From Bacteroidota bacterium (GTDB lineage: Bacteria; Bacteroidota; Bacteroidia; Bacteroidales; JAAUTT01), in contig JAUZOO010000005.1 in assembly GCA_030706405.1 (NCBI GenBank), positions 312,376 to 376,375 on the forward strand: 64,000 bases of DNA. The letters run 5' to 3'. Positions 1 through 10,579 of the stretch are shown in pieces (position 1 is the stretch's first letter; each line of letters opens with the position of its first letter). Both the position numbers and the translations under genes were made by a program. The notes below the pieces were generated by a model. That model made no database searches, had not been told where the DNA came from, and saw only the letters and a program-made list of their open reading frames with translations.

Positions 1-537
1 CTCGGCCTTATTGGCGCGACTGTCGTCAATATTCTGTCCGGACTGACCTCCGGGAGCGCCGTGCATATCAATGATGACATACAAATGATATTTTTTGCAC
101 CACTTAATCAGATCGTCCAACAGGCTAAATCCCTCATCGACAAACTGTTTATTTTCTCCCTCGGTAATGAAAAGCCGGGAATTTAATGCCGGACGAACCG
201 AATTAAACCTAAGCTCCGCGATACGTTTTATATCGGCCTCGGTAATGAAGTTTTTACGATACATTTTCCAGAATTTTTCGGCTTTTTCCGGACCAATATA
301 ATCAGCAATGATCTTTTCGATTCTTCGCGGACGGTCGCCAAGCTTCCCGAATTTCCACATATAACCTTCAGGAAGCATCCAGTTGCCAAGTCCTACGCCT
401 TGTAGGTAAACCTTTTTGCCATTGCTGTCGACAATATCCTGCCCGCTGGTTTTCAAAAACGATTGAGCCGAAATGTTTTCTGTTAAACAAATCAAAAACG
501 CCAAATAAACAAATCTCTTCAACCCGATTCTATTCAT
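1..537 (-). CDS. glycoside hydrolase family 5 (cellulase/mannanase-type), N-terminal part, truncated by the window edge
   Basis: Not in the ORF track because it runs off the window. The reverse complement from the ATG at 537 reads MNRIGLKRFVYLAFLICLTENISAQSFLKTSGQDIVDSNGKKVYLQGVGLGNWMLPEGYMWKF...KKYHLYVIIDMHGAPGGQSGQNIDDSRANKAE. This is a signal peptide followed by GVGLGNW and DMHGAPGGQ motifs typical of GH5 TIM barrels. Confidence 0.7.
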   Translation of the reverse strand, partial: MNRIGLKRFVYLAFLICLTENISAQSFLKTSGQDIVDSNGKKVYLQGVGLGNWMLPEGYMWKFGKLGDRPRRIEKIIADYIGPEKAEKFWKMYRKNFITEADIKRIAELRFNSVRPALNSRLFITEGENKQFVDEGFSLLDDLIKWCKKYHLYVIIDMHGAPGGQSGQNIDDSRANKAE

Positions 538-565
538 AGATTTGATTAATATTTCTACCAAAACC

Positions 566-2950
566 CTACTCTGCAAAATTCGTTCTAATTGTTACGGTTG
601 CAGATTTTAAACCCGCAGCACTCGCATTTATTTTTATTTCTCCCGGCTTCCGGGAGGCGCGAACTACCAATTGGCAAGTTCCGTTGTAAACACTCCGGGA
701 GTTGGCCTGCCAAAGCTCATCGCTTGTAATGTCGCCGTTTCCAACTCCGGCATTGGTTCCTTCACCGGAAACCTTAAAGTTAATTTTGTTGTCGGCAAAA
801 GGAACAATAATTCCGTTGTTATCAACAACTTTAACGGCAATATATGCAAGGTCAAGACCGTCAGCCTTAATCATATTTCTGTCGGCTTCCAGAACAATCC
901 GTTGGGCTTTTTCGGCAGTGCGGAGAATATCTTCGGAAACGACCTTTCCTCCTATTCTTCCCTGAGCTTTTATTTCGCCCTTCTGGTAATTCACGTTCCA
1001 GGTCATTTTATGGTTTTCGCAGTTTGCCATGCTCTTTACCCCTTGCGATTTCCCGTTTATCAATAATTCGAGGCTATCGCAACTGGAAAAGGTTTGAACG
1101 GTAAGTGGTTCGCTTTCTTTCCAGTTCCAATGAAAACACATCGGTAACCATTTTATTTTGAAGTCGTTCCAAAGTTTTTCCTTAGCGTCATTTTTGGCAT
1201 ATACGGCAATTTTAACCATTGGGTCGGTCCGGTAAAAACTGGCAATGCTAAAGGCTACCGGTTTTAAATTGTTGCACAGATCAATAGCCCCATTGATCCA
1301 TCCTTTGGAAGGCCAGCCAAACGATTCACCGAAATATTCGGTTCCACCCCAGTAAAACTGTCCGCAGGCATAGGAATGATCGTATCCGAAGAAGCCATAG
1401 CCACCTTCGCCGGTTCCTTCTTCACTTAAAAGATATGTAAGCTGAGGGTATTTAAGCTTGTCCTTTTTAAAGAATCCAGCCTGGTAATTAACGCTCATCA
1501 CATCCATGTAAAAAGCCATCTGATGTGGTGCCGAGGTATAATAAGCAGAATTATTGTACTTTACCGCATTGTACCGCGCCGGATATAACGCACAGGTTAC
1601 CTTGCGGGTAGGTTCGAGCTGATGGACAAAATCGACCATCTTTTTTAACTGAGGTACCCCGAATGTAGTGTCCTCGCCGGTATACTGATTTATAACCTCA
1701 TTACCAACGCTCCAGATGAAAACCGAGGGATGATTGCGATCCCGTCTGATAAAAGTTCGTACATCGGCTTGCCAGTAATCGTCAAACGAATTTCCCGGGC
1801 CATAATATTGGGAGTTCCATTTATCATAAGCTTCGTCGAAAACGAGGATACCATTGCGGTCGCACCAATCCAAAACAAATTTGGGATAAGGGTTATGGCT
1901 CAGCCGGATGGCATTGCAACCCATCTGATTTTTCAGTACGCCAAGGCGTTTTTCCCAGCCAGCATCAAAAGCTGCTGCTCCGAGCGGACCGAGGTCGTGG
2001 TGAAGGCAAACGCCGTTGAGAAAAACTTTTTTACCATTAAGCAGAAAACCTTCCTCGGGCGTAAACTCAACTTCGCGGATTCCAAAATTCGTTTCGTAAC
2101 GGTCGGTCAATTGATCGCCGTTGTAAACTTTGGATACAGCTTTATATAAATTGGGCGTTTTCAAATCCCACAACAACGGATCGGAGACCTTGGCTTCCTG
2201 GCGAAACGTAAACATTTCCTTTGCGCCCAGCCGGACAACAGATATTCTGGAAGCCACGACACTCCCGGCAGGAGAAACGATGTCCGTAACCAGTTTACAA
2301 ACTGTCGAATCCGTCTGGTCATTCTCCACTTCCGTTTCGATATTGACCCTAGCGTATTTATCGGTAATTTTTGGCGTAGTTACGTAAGTACCATAACGGG
2401 CTACATGCATATTATCGACAATAGTTAACCACACATTCCGGGTGATTCCCTCGCCGGTGTACCAGCGGGAACTAACCTGATTGGTATTATCATAGCGTAC
2501 GGCAACCACATTGTCGCCCTGCTTTATCAAATCAGTAATATCACATTGAAAATCAATATATCCGTTTAAATATGTACCACAATGTTTGCCATTCACCCAA
2601 ACATCGGAGGCTCGATAAACCCCTTCAAAATCGAGATAAACTTTCTTCCCTGTCAGGTTTTCGTTAATCGACAGATGTTTCCGATACCAGCCGATATGCC
2701 GGGGGCGATAACCGTTCAGCTTGGTTCCGCCTAAGGTATCCTTTACAAAAGGCCCATAAATGCTGGCATCGTGCGGCAAATTGACAACCTGCCAATTTTC
2801 ATCGTTAAATGCTGCTTCCTTCGCCTCCGGATGATCATTCAACTGAAATTTCCAGTCGAAATTAATCAATATTCTTTCTCTCGCATTTGCTGAAAAGACT
2901 GACAAAATTAATAAAATGGCTACAATGCCAAACATTTTCTTCATGAGCAA
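566..2950 (-). CDS. glycoside hydrolase family 2 (beta-galactosidase-like)
   Basis: 794-aa ORF with a signal peptide. GH2 sugar-binding motifs are NFDWKFQL, WYRKHL and VYLDFEGVYRASDVWVNGKHCG. Catalytic-barrel motifs are NAIRLSHNPYP and WSVGNE. C-terminal Ig-like modules are present. Confidence 0.85.
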   Translation of the reverse strand: MLMKKMFGIVAILLILSVFSANARERILINFDWKFQLNDHPEAKEAAFNDENWQVVNLPHDASIYGPFVKDTLGGTKLNGYRPRHIGWYRKHLSINENLTGKKVYLDFEGVYRASDVWVNGKHCGTYLNGYIDFQCDITDLIKQGDNVVAVRYDNTNQVSSRWYTGEGITRNVWLTIVDNMHVARYGTYVTTPKITDKYARVNIETEVENDQTDSTVCKLVTDIVSPAGSVVASRISVVRLGAKEMFTFRQEAKVSDPLLWDLKTPNLYKAVSKVYNGDQLTDRYETNFGIREVEFTPEEGFLLNGKKVFLNGVCLHHDLGPLGAAAFDAGWEKRLGVLKNQMGCNAIRLSHNPYPKFVLDWCDRNGILVFDEAYDKWNSQYYGPGNSFDDYWQADVRTFIRRDRNHPSVFIWSVGNEVINQYTGEDTTFGVPQLKKMVDFVHQLEPTRKVTCALYPARYNAVKYNNSAYYTSAPHQMAFYMDVMSVNYQAGFFKKDKLKYPQLTYLLSEEGTGEGGYGFFGYDHSYACGQFYWGGTEYFGESFGWPSKGWINGAIDLCNNLKPVAFSIASFYRTDPMVKIAVYAKNDAKEKLWNDFKIKWLPMCFHWNWKESEPLTVQTFSSCDSLELLINGKSQGVKSMANCENHKMTWNVNYQKGEIKAQGRIGGKVVSEDILRTAEKAQRIVLEADRNMIKADGLDLAYIAVKVVDNNGIIVPFADNKINFKVSGEGTNAGVGNGDITSDELWQANSRSVYNGTCQLVVRASRKPGEIKINASAAGLKSATVTIRTNFAE

Positions 2951-3076
2951 TGATTTATTTTAATTCGCTTTTTAGTAAAATTCACCTCTATTTGATAATT
3001 ATTAAACCTTTCACAACCCCTTGAAAAGCAGAAAATTCTCCTCCAAACGTAATTATAAACCCGACAATCAATTAAA

Positions 3077-4645
3077 CTATTTAACAATAACATTAAACAA
3101 TGTTAACCAACCTGTTGATGTTAAATTAGCTTTTACCGAAAGATTGATCCCTTTCTCGTTGTTTTTGGTCGTGTCGACGATAGCCACCGCCCAGATATAT
3201 TCTCCGGCAGGAACATTCTGAATGTCGGGAGTAAATTCATACGAAGTCGGGGTTCCGTATAGCCATTTGGAAAGGTCTGTATTGGTATCTACATATATAG
3301 ATTTTACCTCATTGGTACTTTTATCCAATAAAGCAAAGGCTACCTTATACTTTTGATTCCACTGTGGTAAGTTGGTAGGGCAATAGCCCATTCCCAGGTT
3401 TTTCCAACGATGAACAATCTTTATTTTAGAATTATTATTAACCGTTTTAGGTAACGACAGTTGATCAGGATACAGACGATATCCACCGGTAGCAATAAAC
3501 TTTTGAATCAGTTTATAGGCTGTCGAGAACCACGAACTTGTTTCGGTGATATCCCGGAGATCCATCATATTGACACGCGCTGCCATGGCATCGTCATATT
3601 CTCCCTGCCAGACATCTCCCCAGGTGAGGTATTTCCGAGAGTCCGCCAAATAGCCATTACCATTGTGCAGCCAGCCTCCTTCGCAGATTACAGGCCGGGA
3701 AGGAAACCACTCTTTAGCAAGTGCCTTTTCCCAACTCTGGTAATAGTCGGTCATTCCAAAGGCATCGTGCCGCAACATGTAACCTTTGTTAAAAGCACTG
3801 ACCAACATCGTTTTCGAATCCGGATCGGGACTGCTCCAACCCGAACCTGCGCCAATAAGCCGGTGATAATTGATAGCCAGCGGCACTTTGGTAAAATATT
3901 TCAGATATAGGTTTACTATCCAGTCGAATACCGGTTTTCTGTTTGCTGCATTCAGATAAATCATCGTATGACCTTCGCCCCATTTTCCGAGGCCATAGCC
4001 ATCGATAAAATCCACCACGTCCGGGTCATTAAATTTCGCAGCGAAAGCCTGAAGAAATTTTTCGTACTTTGCCTGAAAGATAGGATCGTCAGGGTATGGC
4101 GACCATACCGTTGCGCTTCCGGTTTGGGTTTCGTACCCTTGGGCTCCGGCATCTCTTACATATGTTGGAGTCTGATTATTATGTTTATCCCGGCTGTCAA
4201 CCGTAATTCTAAACGCAAGCTTCAAACCTCTTTCCTTAGCTCCATTTATCAACATTTTGAAAATATCGCTATTATCCCAGGCATACTTGCCTTCTTCGGG
4301 TTCCCAGTCGGACCAGCCTGTACGGATATATAGGACATTGGCGTAATCGGTGGCTCTCAGTTGGCTGCCATTTATGTTTTCAAACTTTGTCCAGAAATCA
4401 CTTGTTGCGCCGGCACTTCCGTAGATAGCCCAGCCGGTTAACGGATTTCGTATTAGTTTCTGGGTTTCGGGTTCAATAGTGGTAATATAATTCCCGGGAA
4501 CAGCGCTATCTGCAGTTGGCGAATCCGCAATTACCTCATCTTTCTCTTTCGAACTGCAAGCAAAGAAGCTAGACGATAATATCAGTATCAGAAACAGGTT
4601 GAATATTCTAGTCTTAGAACAGACTATGTATTTAGTACTTTTCAT
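3077..4645 (-). CDS. lipoprotein, putative glycoside hydrolase (GH42/GH35-like TIM barrel, DUF4832-like)
   Basis: 522-aa ORF with a lipoprotein signal (LSSSFFAC). WSDWEPEEGKYAWDN resembles the W..xEPxxGxYdf motif of GH42/GH35-type barrels. The family assignment is from memory only. The PUL context supports a carbohydrate-active role. Confidence 0.5.
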   Translation of the reverse strand: MKSTKYIVCSKTRIFNLFLILILSSSFFACSSKEKDEVIADSPTADSAVPGNYITTIEPETQKLIRNPLTGWAIYGSAGATSDFWTKFENINGSQLRATDYANVLYIRTGWSDWEPEEGKYAWDNSDIFKMLINGAKERGLKLAFRITVDSRDKHNNQTPTYVRDAGAQGYETQTGSATVWSPYPDDPIFQAKYEKFLQAFAAKFNDPDVVDFIDGYGLGKWGEGHTMIYLNAANRKPVFDWIVNLYLKYFTKVPLAINYHRLIGAGSGWSSPDPDSKTMLVSAFNKGYMLRHDAFGMTDYYQSWEKALAKEWFPSRPVICEGGWLHNGNGYLADSRKYLTWGDVWQGEYDDAMAARVNMMDLRDITETSSWFSTAYKLIQKFIATGGYRLYPDQLSLPKTVNNNSKIKIVHRWKNLGMGYCPTNLPQWNQKYKVAFALLDKSTNEVKSIYVDTNTDLSKWLYGTPTSYEFTPDIQNVPAGEYIWAVAIVDTTKNNEKGINLSVKANLTSTGWLTLFNVIVK

Positions 4646-4664
4646 GTTAGAGATTTATTATAGA

Positions 4665-5855
4665 TTAGTTAGCGTTCTTTTGAAAATAATTATTCGCAAA
4701 GGCTATAAACTGTTGCCAGTCATAGGGTGTCATATTATGTTTCCCTTCCCGGTTATGAAAGCCCATGTGCGAACGGAAAACCCTTTCGTTTACCGCAGGC
4801 ATTTCAGCAGGTAAATCTGTTTCAAATCCATACAAGCCATAAACAGGTTGGGCGCAGACTAACGAGAGATACTGCCCCTTGGGATCGGCCCACAAATCTT
4901 CGGCGGCATTGCCAACATATACTCCGCGGGGAGCTATTAGTGCCAGAAGCATGTGCTGATCGACCGGAAGTTTATCTTCATTGTCAATATATTGATGGTA
5001 ATTTTTACAGAACCAGTATGGAAAAGTCCGAAGAATATCTTTTATGGTTTCTCCAAAATTTCTTCGGGAAATAGCAGCTCCCGATTCTCCGGAGTCGTTC
5101 GAAATCGCAATGACCACGCGTTTGTCCTGCGCACCGCACCATAGCGAAGCTTTCCCGCCACGGGAATGGCCAACGGTCATTATTTTTTTCGCATCCACGG
5201 CTTTGTCCTTTTCCAAATAATCGATGGCCCGGCTTGCGCCCCATGCCCATGCACTTAGGACTCCCATTCCATTGTTAATTTTCAGTTGTTCAGGATATAA
5301 TTCTAAAACGCCTTTTACATACGCGGTTTTATTATCAGGTGCAGCATCTTTAACATCAAATCCGGCAATTCCATATCCGGCATCGATAACTTCTTCGGCC
5401 GGCCAGAAACCATCTTTGCGTTCCCGGGTTGCATCCATCGTCCTAATTCCCCGGTTGTTAATAACCAAAAATATCGGAACCGGTTTTTTAACCTTGTTCG
5501 GAACAAACATGACCAGGTTTATGGTTACCGATTTACGATTTCGGGATACCGTAATGCCAACTTCTTTTAAGGTTGCCTTGCCTCCCATTGCCGTTTTATC
5601 TTCTTTTTTCAGTTCGAACTTAATCTGGTCAAAATCCTTTGGAACCTGGCCATATATGTTGTCTTCAAAAAGTTTGAGGATCTCCGGACGACGGATCTTT
5701 TCCCATTCCTTAATCGTAGTTACTTTTTCCCTGGCCTGAGTTTGCAAAAGTTCGGGCAACTTGTAAGGCAACACTTTCGACTCATCATAATTTTGAGCCC
5801 AAAGCGTTTGCAACGAAAAAAGGATGACGGTTATGTTCGTTAGAATTCGTGTCAT
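4665..5855 (-). CDS. CE15-like glucuronoyl esterase (alpha/beta hydrolase)
   Basis: 396-aa ORF with a signal peptide. The N-terminal LPYKLPELL...KVTTIKEWEKIRRPEILKLFEDNIYGQVP and the nucleophile elbow VGHSRGGKASLW resemble the G-C/H-S-R-x-G-K motif of CE15 enzymes. Confidence 0.65.
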   Translation of the reverse strand: MTRILTNITVILFSLQTLWAQNYDESKVLPYKLPELLQTQAREKVTTIKEWEKIRRPEILKLFEDNIYGQVPKDFDQIKFELKKEDKTAMGGKATLKEVGITVSRNRKSVTINLVMFVPNKVKKPVPIFLVINNRGIRTMDATRERKDGFWPAEEVIDAGYGIAGFDVKDAAPDNKTAYVKGVLELYPEQLKINNGMGVLSAWAWGASRAIDYLEKDKAVDAKKIMTVGHSRGGKASLWCGAQDKRVVIAISNDSGESGAAISRRNFGETIKDILRTFPYWFCKNYHQYIDNEDKLPVDQHMLLALIAPRGVYVGNAAEDLWADPKGQYLSLVCAQPVYGLYGFETDLPAEMPAVNERVFRSHMGFHNREGKHNMTPYDWQQFIAFANNYFQKNAN

Positions 5856-5888
5856 TGTGGTTATGTTTAAATGCCGAGGCGCATTCGC

Positions 5889-8084
5889 CTATTTAACTTC
5901 ATCAATTTTAAGCACAACACTCGCCCGGTTTGAATTCACGCGAGGGTTTAAACCTACAGTCATCAAAAAATCGCCAGAATAAACGGCGTTAAGACCACCT
6001 GCTGATTTTGTTCCCGGATAAAGGTTAATTTCCTGAACACGGTACTTTTTACCGGCATCAAGACCTTTGAGCGGCACTGCAACCTTGCTCCCGGCACTGT
6101 AACGATTATTGACCAGGTAATTGAACATCACAGCCGAGGTTTTATCCGCATTCACGTACATCAAAGAAGCAAAATCGCTATTCCACGGACTTACCAACCG
6201 GAATTGATCGCCATGCCACACAATCTCCTTAAAACCATTATAGGACACTACCGTTTGTTGACAAAATTTAAGATCTGTTTCATTGAGTTTTTCCGTAGCG
6301 ATATCGAACCCGAGTTTCCCCATCATGGCTACATCGGCCTTGAATTTCAGCGGTTGTTTTCCCCAATCGGTTATGTGGTTGGAGGTGGCTATTGCCGGAT
6401 AAAAATAAGAATACTCCCACTGAATATACACCCGTTCCAACGGATCGGTATTGTCGCTGGGCCAGAACTCTGTAAAATATTTCAGGGCAGCGTAATCGAC
6501 TCTTCCGCCACCTCCGGAACATAGCATCATGGGCACTTCGGGATATTTCGCTCTAATCCGCGCCAGAACACGGTACAGCCCTTCGACATACGCTATGTAT
6601 AAATGAGATTGTTTGTCTAAATGCGTAGAATATGCGTTGTAAATAACTGCGTTACAATCCCATTTAATGTAAGCCAATCCGGGATTTTTAATAAAAAGAC
6701 TATCAATGGTGTTGAAAATGAAATCCTGTACCTGGGGATTACTTAAATCGAGCACCAACTGGTTACGATAAAGATGTTCGGGCCGTTGGGGTTGTTTAAT
6801 CACCCACTCGGGATGCTTAAAATATAGCTGACTAACCGGATTTACCATTTCGGGTTCGAGCCAGATACCGAATTTAACGTCGTTGGCACGGGCCTCCTTA
6901 ACCAGTGAAGCGATTCCATTGGGCAGTTTTCGTTTATTCTCCTGCCAGTCGCCCAATCCGGCTTTATCATTATTTCGGGGGAATGTATTTCCAAACCAAC
7001 CGTCATCCAGCAGAAAAAGGTCGACCCCTAACTTTTTTGTTTCTTTAAGTAATTGTTTAAGTTTAGCTTCATCAAAATTAAAAAAGGTGGATTCCCAGTT
7101 GTTAAGCAACGTTAACCTGTTGCCGTTACCGTTCAGAATCCTGTAATTGCGAGCCCATCGTTGTAACTTCAGGCTGGCATCGCCCTTACCCTTATCCGAG
7201 AAGGTATATAAAAATGCAGGCGTGGTAAATTCTTCATTCGGTTGTAATGCATATTCTGAAGCATGATTATTTATTCCGGCAATGATGCGCAGATTATTGA
7301 GCGGATCAAGTTCCAGATCAATCCTGAAATTGCCCGACCATTCCAAGCAACCGTAAAGCACTTTCCCGTCATCCTCATTGGCCGGCTGATTCAGCGAAAT
7401 CATAAATACCGGAGGCTGGTAAAGATCGGCACGTGTACCCAACTTACTGTCGAGCACTTTGATGCCATGCGTCAGCTTCGATTCTTCGGGCTGCATTTCT
7501 TTGGCCCAATCGCCATGAAATTGCTTTAGCCAAAAATTATCGGCTTTCAAATAAAGGTTGGCAGAGGCAAATTTATGTAAGGTTACCGCACCCTTTTCCT
7601 GGTGCCGGATTGCAGTCCACTGTTCAATAACATCATCATTTTTATAGACTTTATAAAACAGTGTAACTTCGAAAGGATAAACCGGATCTTTAAGAAGAAT
7701 GGATGTTTGGGTCACATTATCATCAATCGGCTTAGTTTCATAACTCACATAATGCAAATCCAGTGAAGTATTCCCATCGGCATGGGTAACTGAAAGGGCC
7801 GGCTCTACCAAATTATGCGTGCCCGATGGAGTGTAAGCCGCATTTAAAATCCCGGAATAATCATCGCCCTGATTGCACATCCCGGCAACTTTGCTGTATT
7901 CTTCTTTATTCTGTAGCTTTTTCCCAAAGTACACGATCCGTGGCACTCTTCCATTATCGGCTTGTAAAACCAAAACGTTGTTCCGACTTTCGATCGGGAT
8001 ATAGGTTGACTGCGCATAAATTCCGCTTGTTCCGAGAACAAAAAACAGGACAAGAAAAATTTTAAAATAGCGTAACTTCTTCAT
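5889..8084 (-). CDS. alpha-galactosidase, glycoside hydrolase family 36
   Basis: 731-aa ORF with a signal peptide. The motifs FLLDDGWFGNTFPRNNDKAGLGDWQ and AYIKWDCNA are the GH36 hallmark regions. Confidence 0.85.
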   Translation of the reverse strand: MKKLRYFKIFLVLFFVLGTSGIYAQSTYIPIESRNNVLVLQADNGRVPRIVYFGKKLQNKEEYSKVAGMCNQGDDYSGILNAAYTPSGTHNLVEPALSVTHADGNTSLDLHYVSYETKPIDDNVTQTSILLKDPVYPFEVTLFYKVYKNDDVIEQWTAIRHQEKGAVTLHKFASANLYLKADNFWLKQFHGDWAKEMQPEESKLTHGIKVLDSKLGTRADLYQPPVFMISLNQPANEDDGKVLYGCLEWSGNFRIDLELDPLNNLRIIAGINNHASEYALQPNEEFTTPAFLYTFSDKGKGDASLKLQRWARNYRILNGNGNRLTLLNNWESTFFNFDEAKLKQLLKETKKLGVDLFLLDDGWFGNTFPRNNDKAGLGDWQENKRKLPNGIASLVKEARANDVKFGIWLEPEMVNPVSQLYFKHPEWVIKQPQRPEHLYRNQLVLDLSNPQVQDFIFNTIDSLFIKNPGLAYIKWDCNAVIYNAYSTHLDKQSHLYIAYVEGLYRVLARIRAKYPEVPMMLCSGGGGRVDYAALKYFTEFWPSDNTDPLERVYIQWEYSYFYPAIATSNHITDWGKQPLKFKADVAMMGKLGFDIATEKLNETDLKFCQQTVVSYNGFKEIVWHGDQFRLVSPWNSDFASLMYVNADKTSAVMFNYLVNNRYSAGSKVAVPLKGLDAGKKYRVQEINLYPGTKSAGGLNAVYSGDFLMTVGLNPRVNSNRASVVLKIDEVK

Positions 8085-8141
8085 ACAGATTTATAGGTGT
8101 TAAGTATCTAATTGAACTATTTCTAAAAAATGTGAGAGCGA

Positions 8142-10382
8142 TTAATCCACCAATTCGAACCCGCTGTTTAGCCGGATATCGTTCGATGCACTACCTATCA
8201 TCAGCTCAAACCGGCCGGGCTCTGTTGTCCTTTTCATCCGCTGGTTGTAGAACGAAAGCTTCTCCTTGTCAATCGTAAAACTCAGTGTTTTGCTTTCGCC
8301 CGGTTCCAGCGAAATCTTGATAAAGTCCTTCAGCTCCTTCACGGGACGGGTAACACTTGCCACCATGTCGCGCAGATAAAGCTGAACGACTTCTTCGCCT
8401 TTGTATTTTCCGGAATTGGTTAGCGTAAAACTCGCTATTAGCGTTTCGTTGTTATGAATAGCCGCTTTACTCAGTTTAAGGTTGCTGTATTCAAATGTTG
8501 TATAGCTTAAACCATAACCGAACGCAAATCGGGGAGTGTTGGGCGAATCGGTATAGGCCGATTTATAAAGGATTTCCTTTTCCTTAATAACCGGGCGGCC
8601 TGTATTTTTATAGCTATAATAAACAGGAATCTGTCCTTCGGAACGAGGGAAGCTCATTGTCAGTTTGCCGGCGGGATTATAGTCCCCGAACAGAACATCG
8701 GCCATGGCGTTGCCTGCCTCCGAGCCTAACCACCAGGTGTATAATATTGCCGGAACATTATCGGCAATCCAGTTAAATATGGTTGGACGTCCGGCCATCA
8801 GCAACACAACTACCGGTTTGCCGGTTGCCTGTATCGCTTTAACCAAATCTTCCTGAACTCCGGGGATGTGAATATTGGTTTTGCTTTTCGACTCACCGGT
8901 CATATCGGCCGATTCGCCAACAGCCATGATTACAACATCGGCTTTTTGTGCCACGGCAACAGCTTCCGCGAAGCCGTTCCGACTGGTATCTTTAATGCCG
9001 CAGCCTTTGGCGTATGATAAGCTAACATCGTTGCCTACTTTATTTTTAATTCCATCGTAAAGTGACACCAGGTCTTTGTCATCTTTTCCGTCCCAGTAAA
9101 CAGACCAAGCCCCCTTCATATCATTTTTTGATTTGGCTACCGGACCAATGATGGCTATGTTTTTTACAGATTTTGACAAGGGCAATAACTGTTTCTCATT
9201 CTTTAACAGAACGATACTTTTTGCGGCCACCATGCGTGCTGCCTTTTTACTTTCCGGCGAATTTAAAACCGCCTGTTCGCGCTGCTCGTCGCAAAAACGG
9301 AAGGGATCATCAAACAGCCCAAGCTCAAATTTCTTTCTCAAAATCCGGCGAACGGCATCGTCTACCAGCTTAACCGGCACCTTACCGTCGTTTACCAGTT
9401 GCACAAGGTTTTCGGTATAAGCACGGCTTTCCATATCCATATCATTACCGGCCGTAAGAGCCACTCTGGCAGCTTCGTACTTGTTCTCCACAAAACCATG
9501 AGCTATCATCTCTCCTATTGAGCTCCAATCGCTGACAACAAAGCCCTGAAAATTCCATTTTCCCTTTAAAATATTGCGTTGCAAATAACTGTTTCCCGTT
9601 GCCGGGATGCCGTTAAGCTCGTTAAACGAATTCATAAAAGTTGCGACACCAGCGTCAACCGCAGCTTTGAAAGGAGGAAGATAGGTTTCCCATAGTTGCC
9701 GGTCGCTCATATCAACGGCATTGTAATCCCTGCCACCAATGGCTGCGCCGTATGCCGCAAAATGTTTGGCACAGGCCATTACGGCATCGGTGTTACCCAG
9801 CCCTTTACCCTGAAAACCCTTTACGCGGGCTTTGGCGATTAACGATCCGAGGTAAGGATCTTCACCTGCGCCTTCCATCACTCTGCCCCAGCGTGGGTCA
9901 CGAAAAATGTCGACCATGGGCGCAAATGTCCAGTGCAAGCCAGATGCTGCGGCCTCGGTAGCTGCTGTGCGGGCAGAAAGTTCAATGGCTTCCATATCCC
10001 AGCTTGAAGCCTCGGCCAGTGGAACCGGGAAAGTTACCCGATAACCGTGAATCACATCAAGTCCAAAAATCAACGGTATTTTTAAGCGCGACTGCATGGC
10101 AACTTCCTGAACCATACGGGTATCTTTCGCCCCGCGCACGTTCAGCATCGAACCGACATGCCCTTTTTTAATTTCCTCAAGTTTATCGGCGCTTTTGCTT
10201 AGAGGACCTGTTGCTGCCCTGTCGCCGGTATATTGATTTAATTGTCCGACCTTTTCGTCTAAAGTCATTTTGGCCAGCAAGGCGTTAACTTGCTTATCGG
10301 ATGCTTTTGAAGGTTGCGCGTACAAGCCTTGTAAAACACTAAACTCCAAGCCAATAAAAATAAAAAGGGCGATTTTATGCAT
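8142..10382 (-). CDS. beta-glucosidase/exo-glycosidase, glycoside hydrolase family 3
   Basis: 746-aa ORF with a signal peptide. GH3 motifs are KHFAAYGAAIGGRDYN and the GFVVSDWSSIGE nucleophile region. A C-terminal Fn3-like domain is present. Confidence 0.9.
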   Translation of the reverse strand: MHKIALFIFIGLEFSVLQGLYAQPSKASDKQVNALLAKMTLDEKVGQLNQYTGDRAATGPLSKSADKLEEIKKGHVGSMLNVRGAKDTRMVQEVAMQSRLKIPLIFGLDVIHGYRVTFPVPLAEASSWDMEAIELSARTAATEAAASGLHWTFAPMVDIFRDPRWGRVMEGAGEDPYLGSLIAKARVKGFQGKGLGNTDAVMACAKHFAAYGAAIGGRDYNAVDMSDRQLWETYLPPFKAAVDAGVATFMNSFNELNGIPATGNSYLQRNILKGKWNFQGFVVSDWSSIGEMIAHGFVENKYEAARVALTAGNDMDMESRAYTENLVQLVNDGKVPVKLVDDAVRRILRKKFELGLFDDPFRFCDEQREQAVLNSPESKKAARMVAAKSIVLLKNEKQLLPLSKSVKNIAIIGPVAKSKNDMKGAWSVYWDGKDDKDLVSLYDGIKNKVGNDVSLSYAKGCGIKDTSRNGFAEAVAVAQKADVVIMAVGESADMTGESKSKTNIHIPGVQEDLVKAIQATGKPVVVLLMAGRPTIFNWIADNVPAILYTWWLGSEAGNAMADVLFGDYNPAGKLTMSFPRSEGQIPVYYSYKNTGRPVIKEKEILYKSAYTDSPNTPRFAFGYGLSYTTFEYSNLKLSKAAIHNNETLIASFTLTNSGKYKGEEVVQLYLRDMVASVTRPVKELKDFIKISLEPGESKTLSFTIDKEKLSFYNQRMKRTTEPGRFELMIGSASNDIRLNSGFELVD

Positions 10383-10476
10383 AGTTATGATTGTCTTTAT
10401 TTTAAGTTCGGTTCGTTATAAAAATAGACTATTTATAATATATTAATTATCAACTGTTTGTAAAAAGCTTAAAGAC

Positions 10477-10554
10477 GAGCTGAATTACAAGTTCAGCTCA
10501 GCGCTTCGTATCAAAAAACCGTGCGTTGCGCTCGACGGAATTTGTAATTCCGCC
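10477..10554. repeat. pair of short palindromic hairpins, a member of the GGAATT-TGT-AATTCC repeat family
   Basis: GAGCTGAA-TTACAAG-TTCAGCTC lies at 10477-10499 and CGGAATT-TGT-AATTCCG at 10536-10552. The same palindrome core recurs at 12931-12951 and 30742-30762. Confidence 0.7.
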
Positions 10555-10579
10555 AAAAAATCATACTTTTTAGATAACC

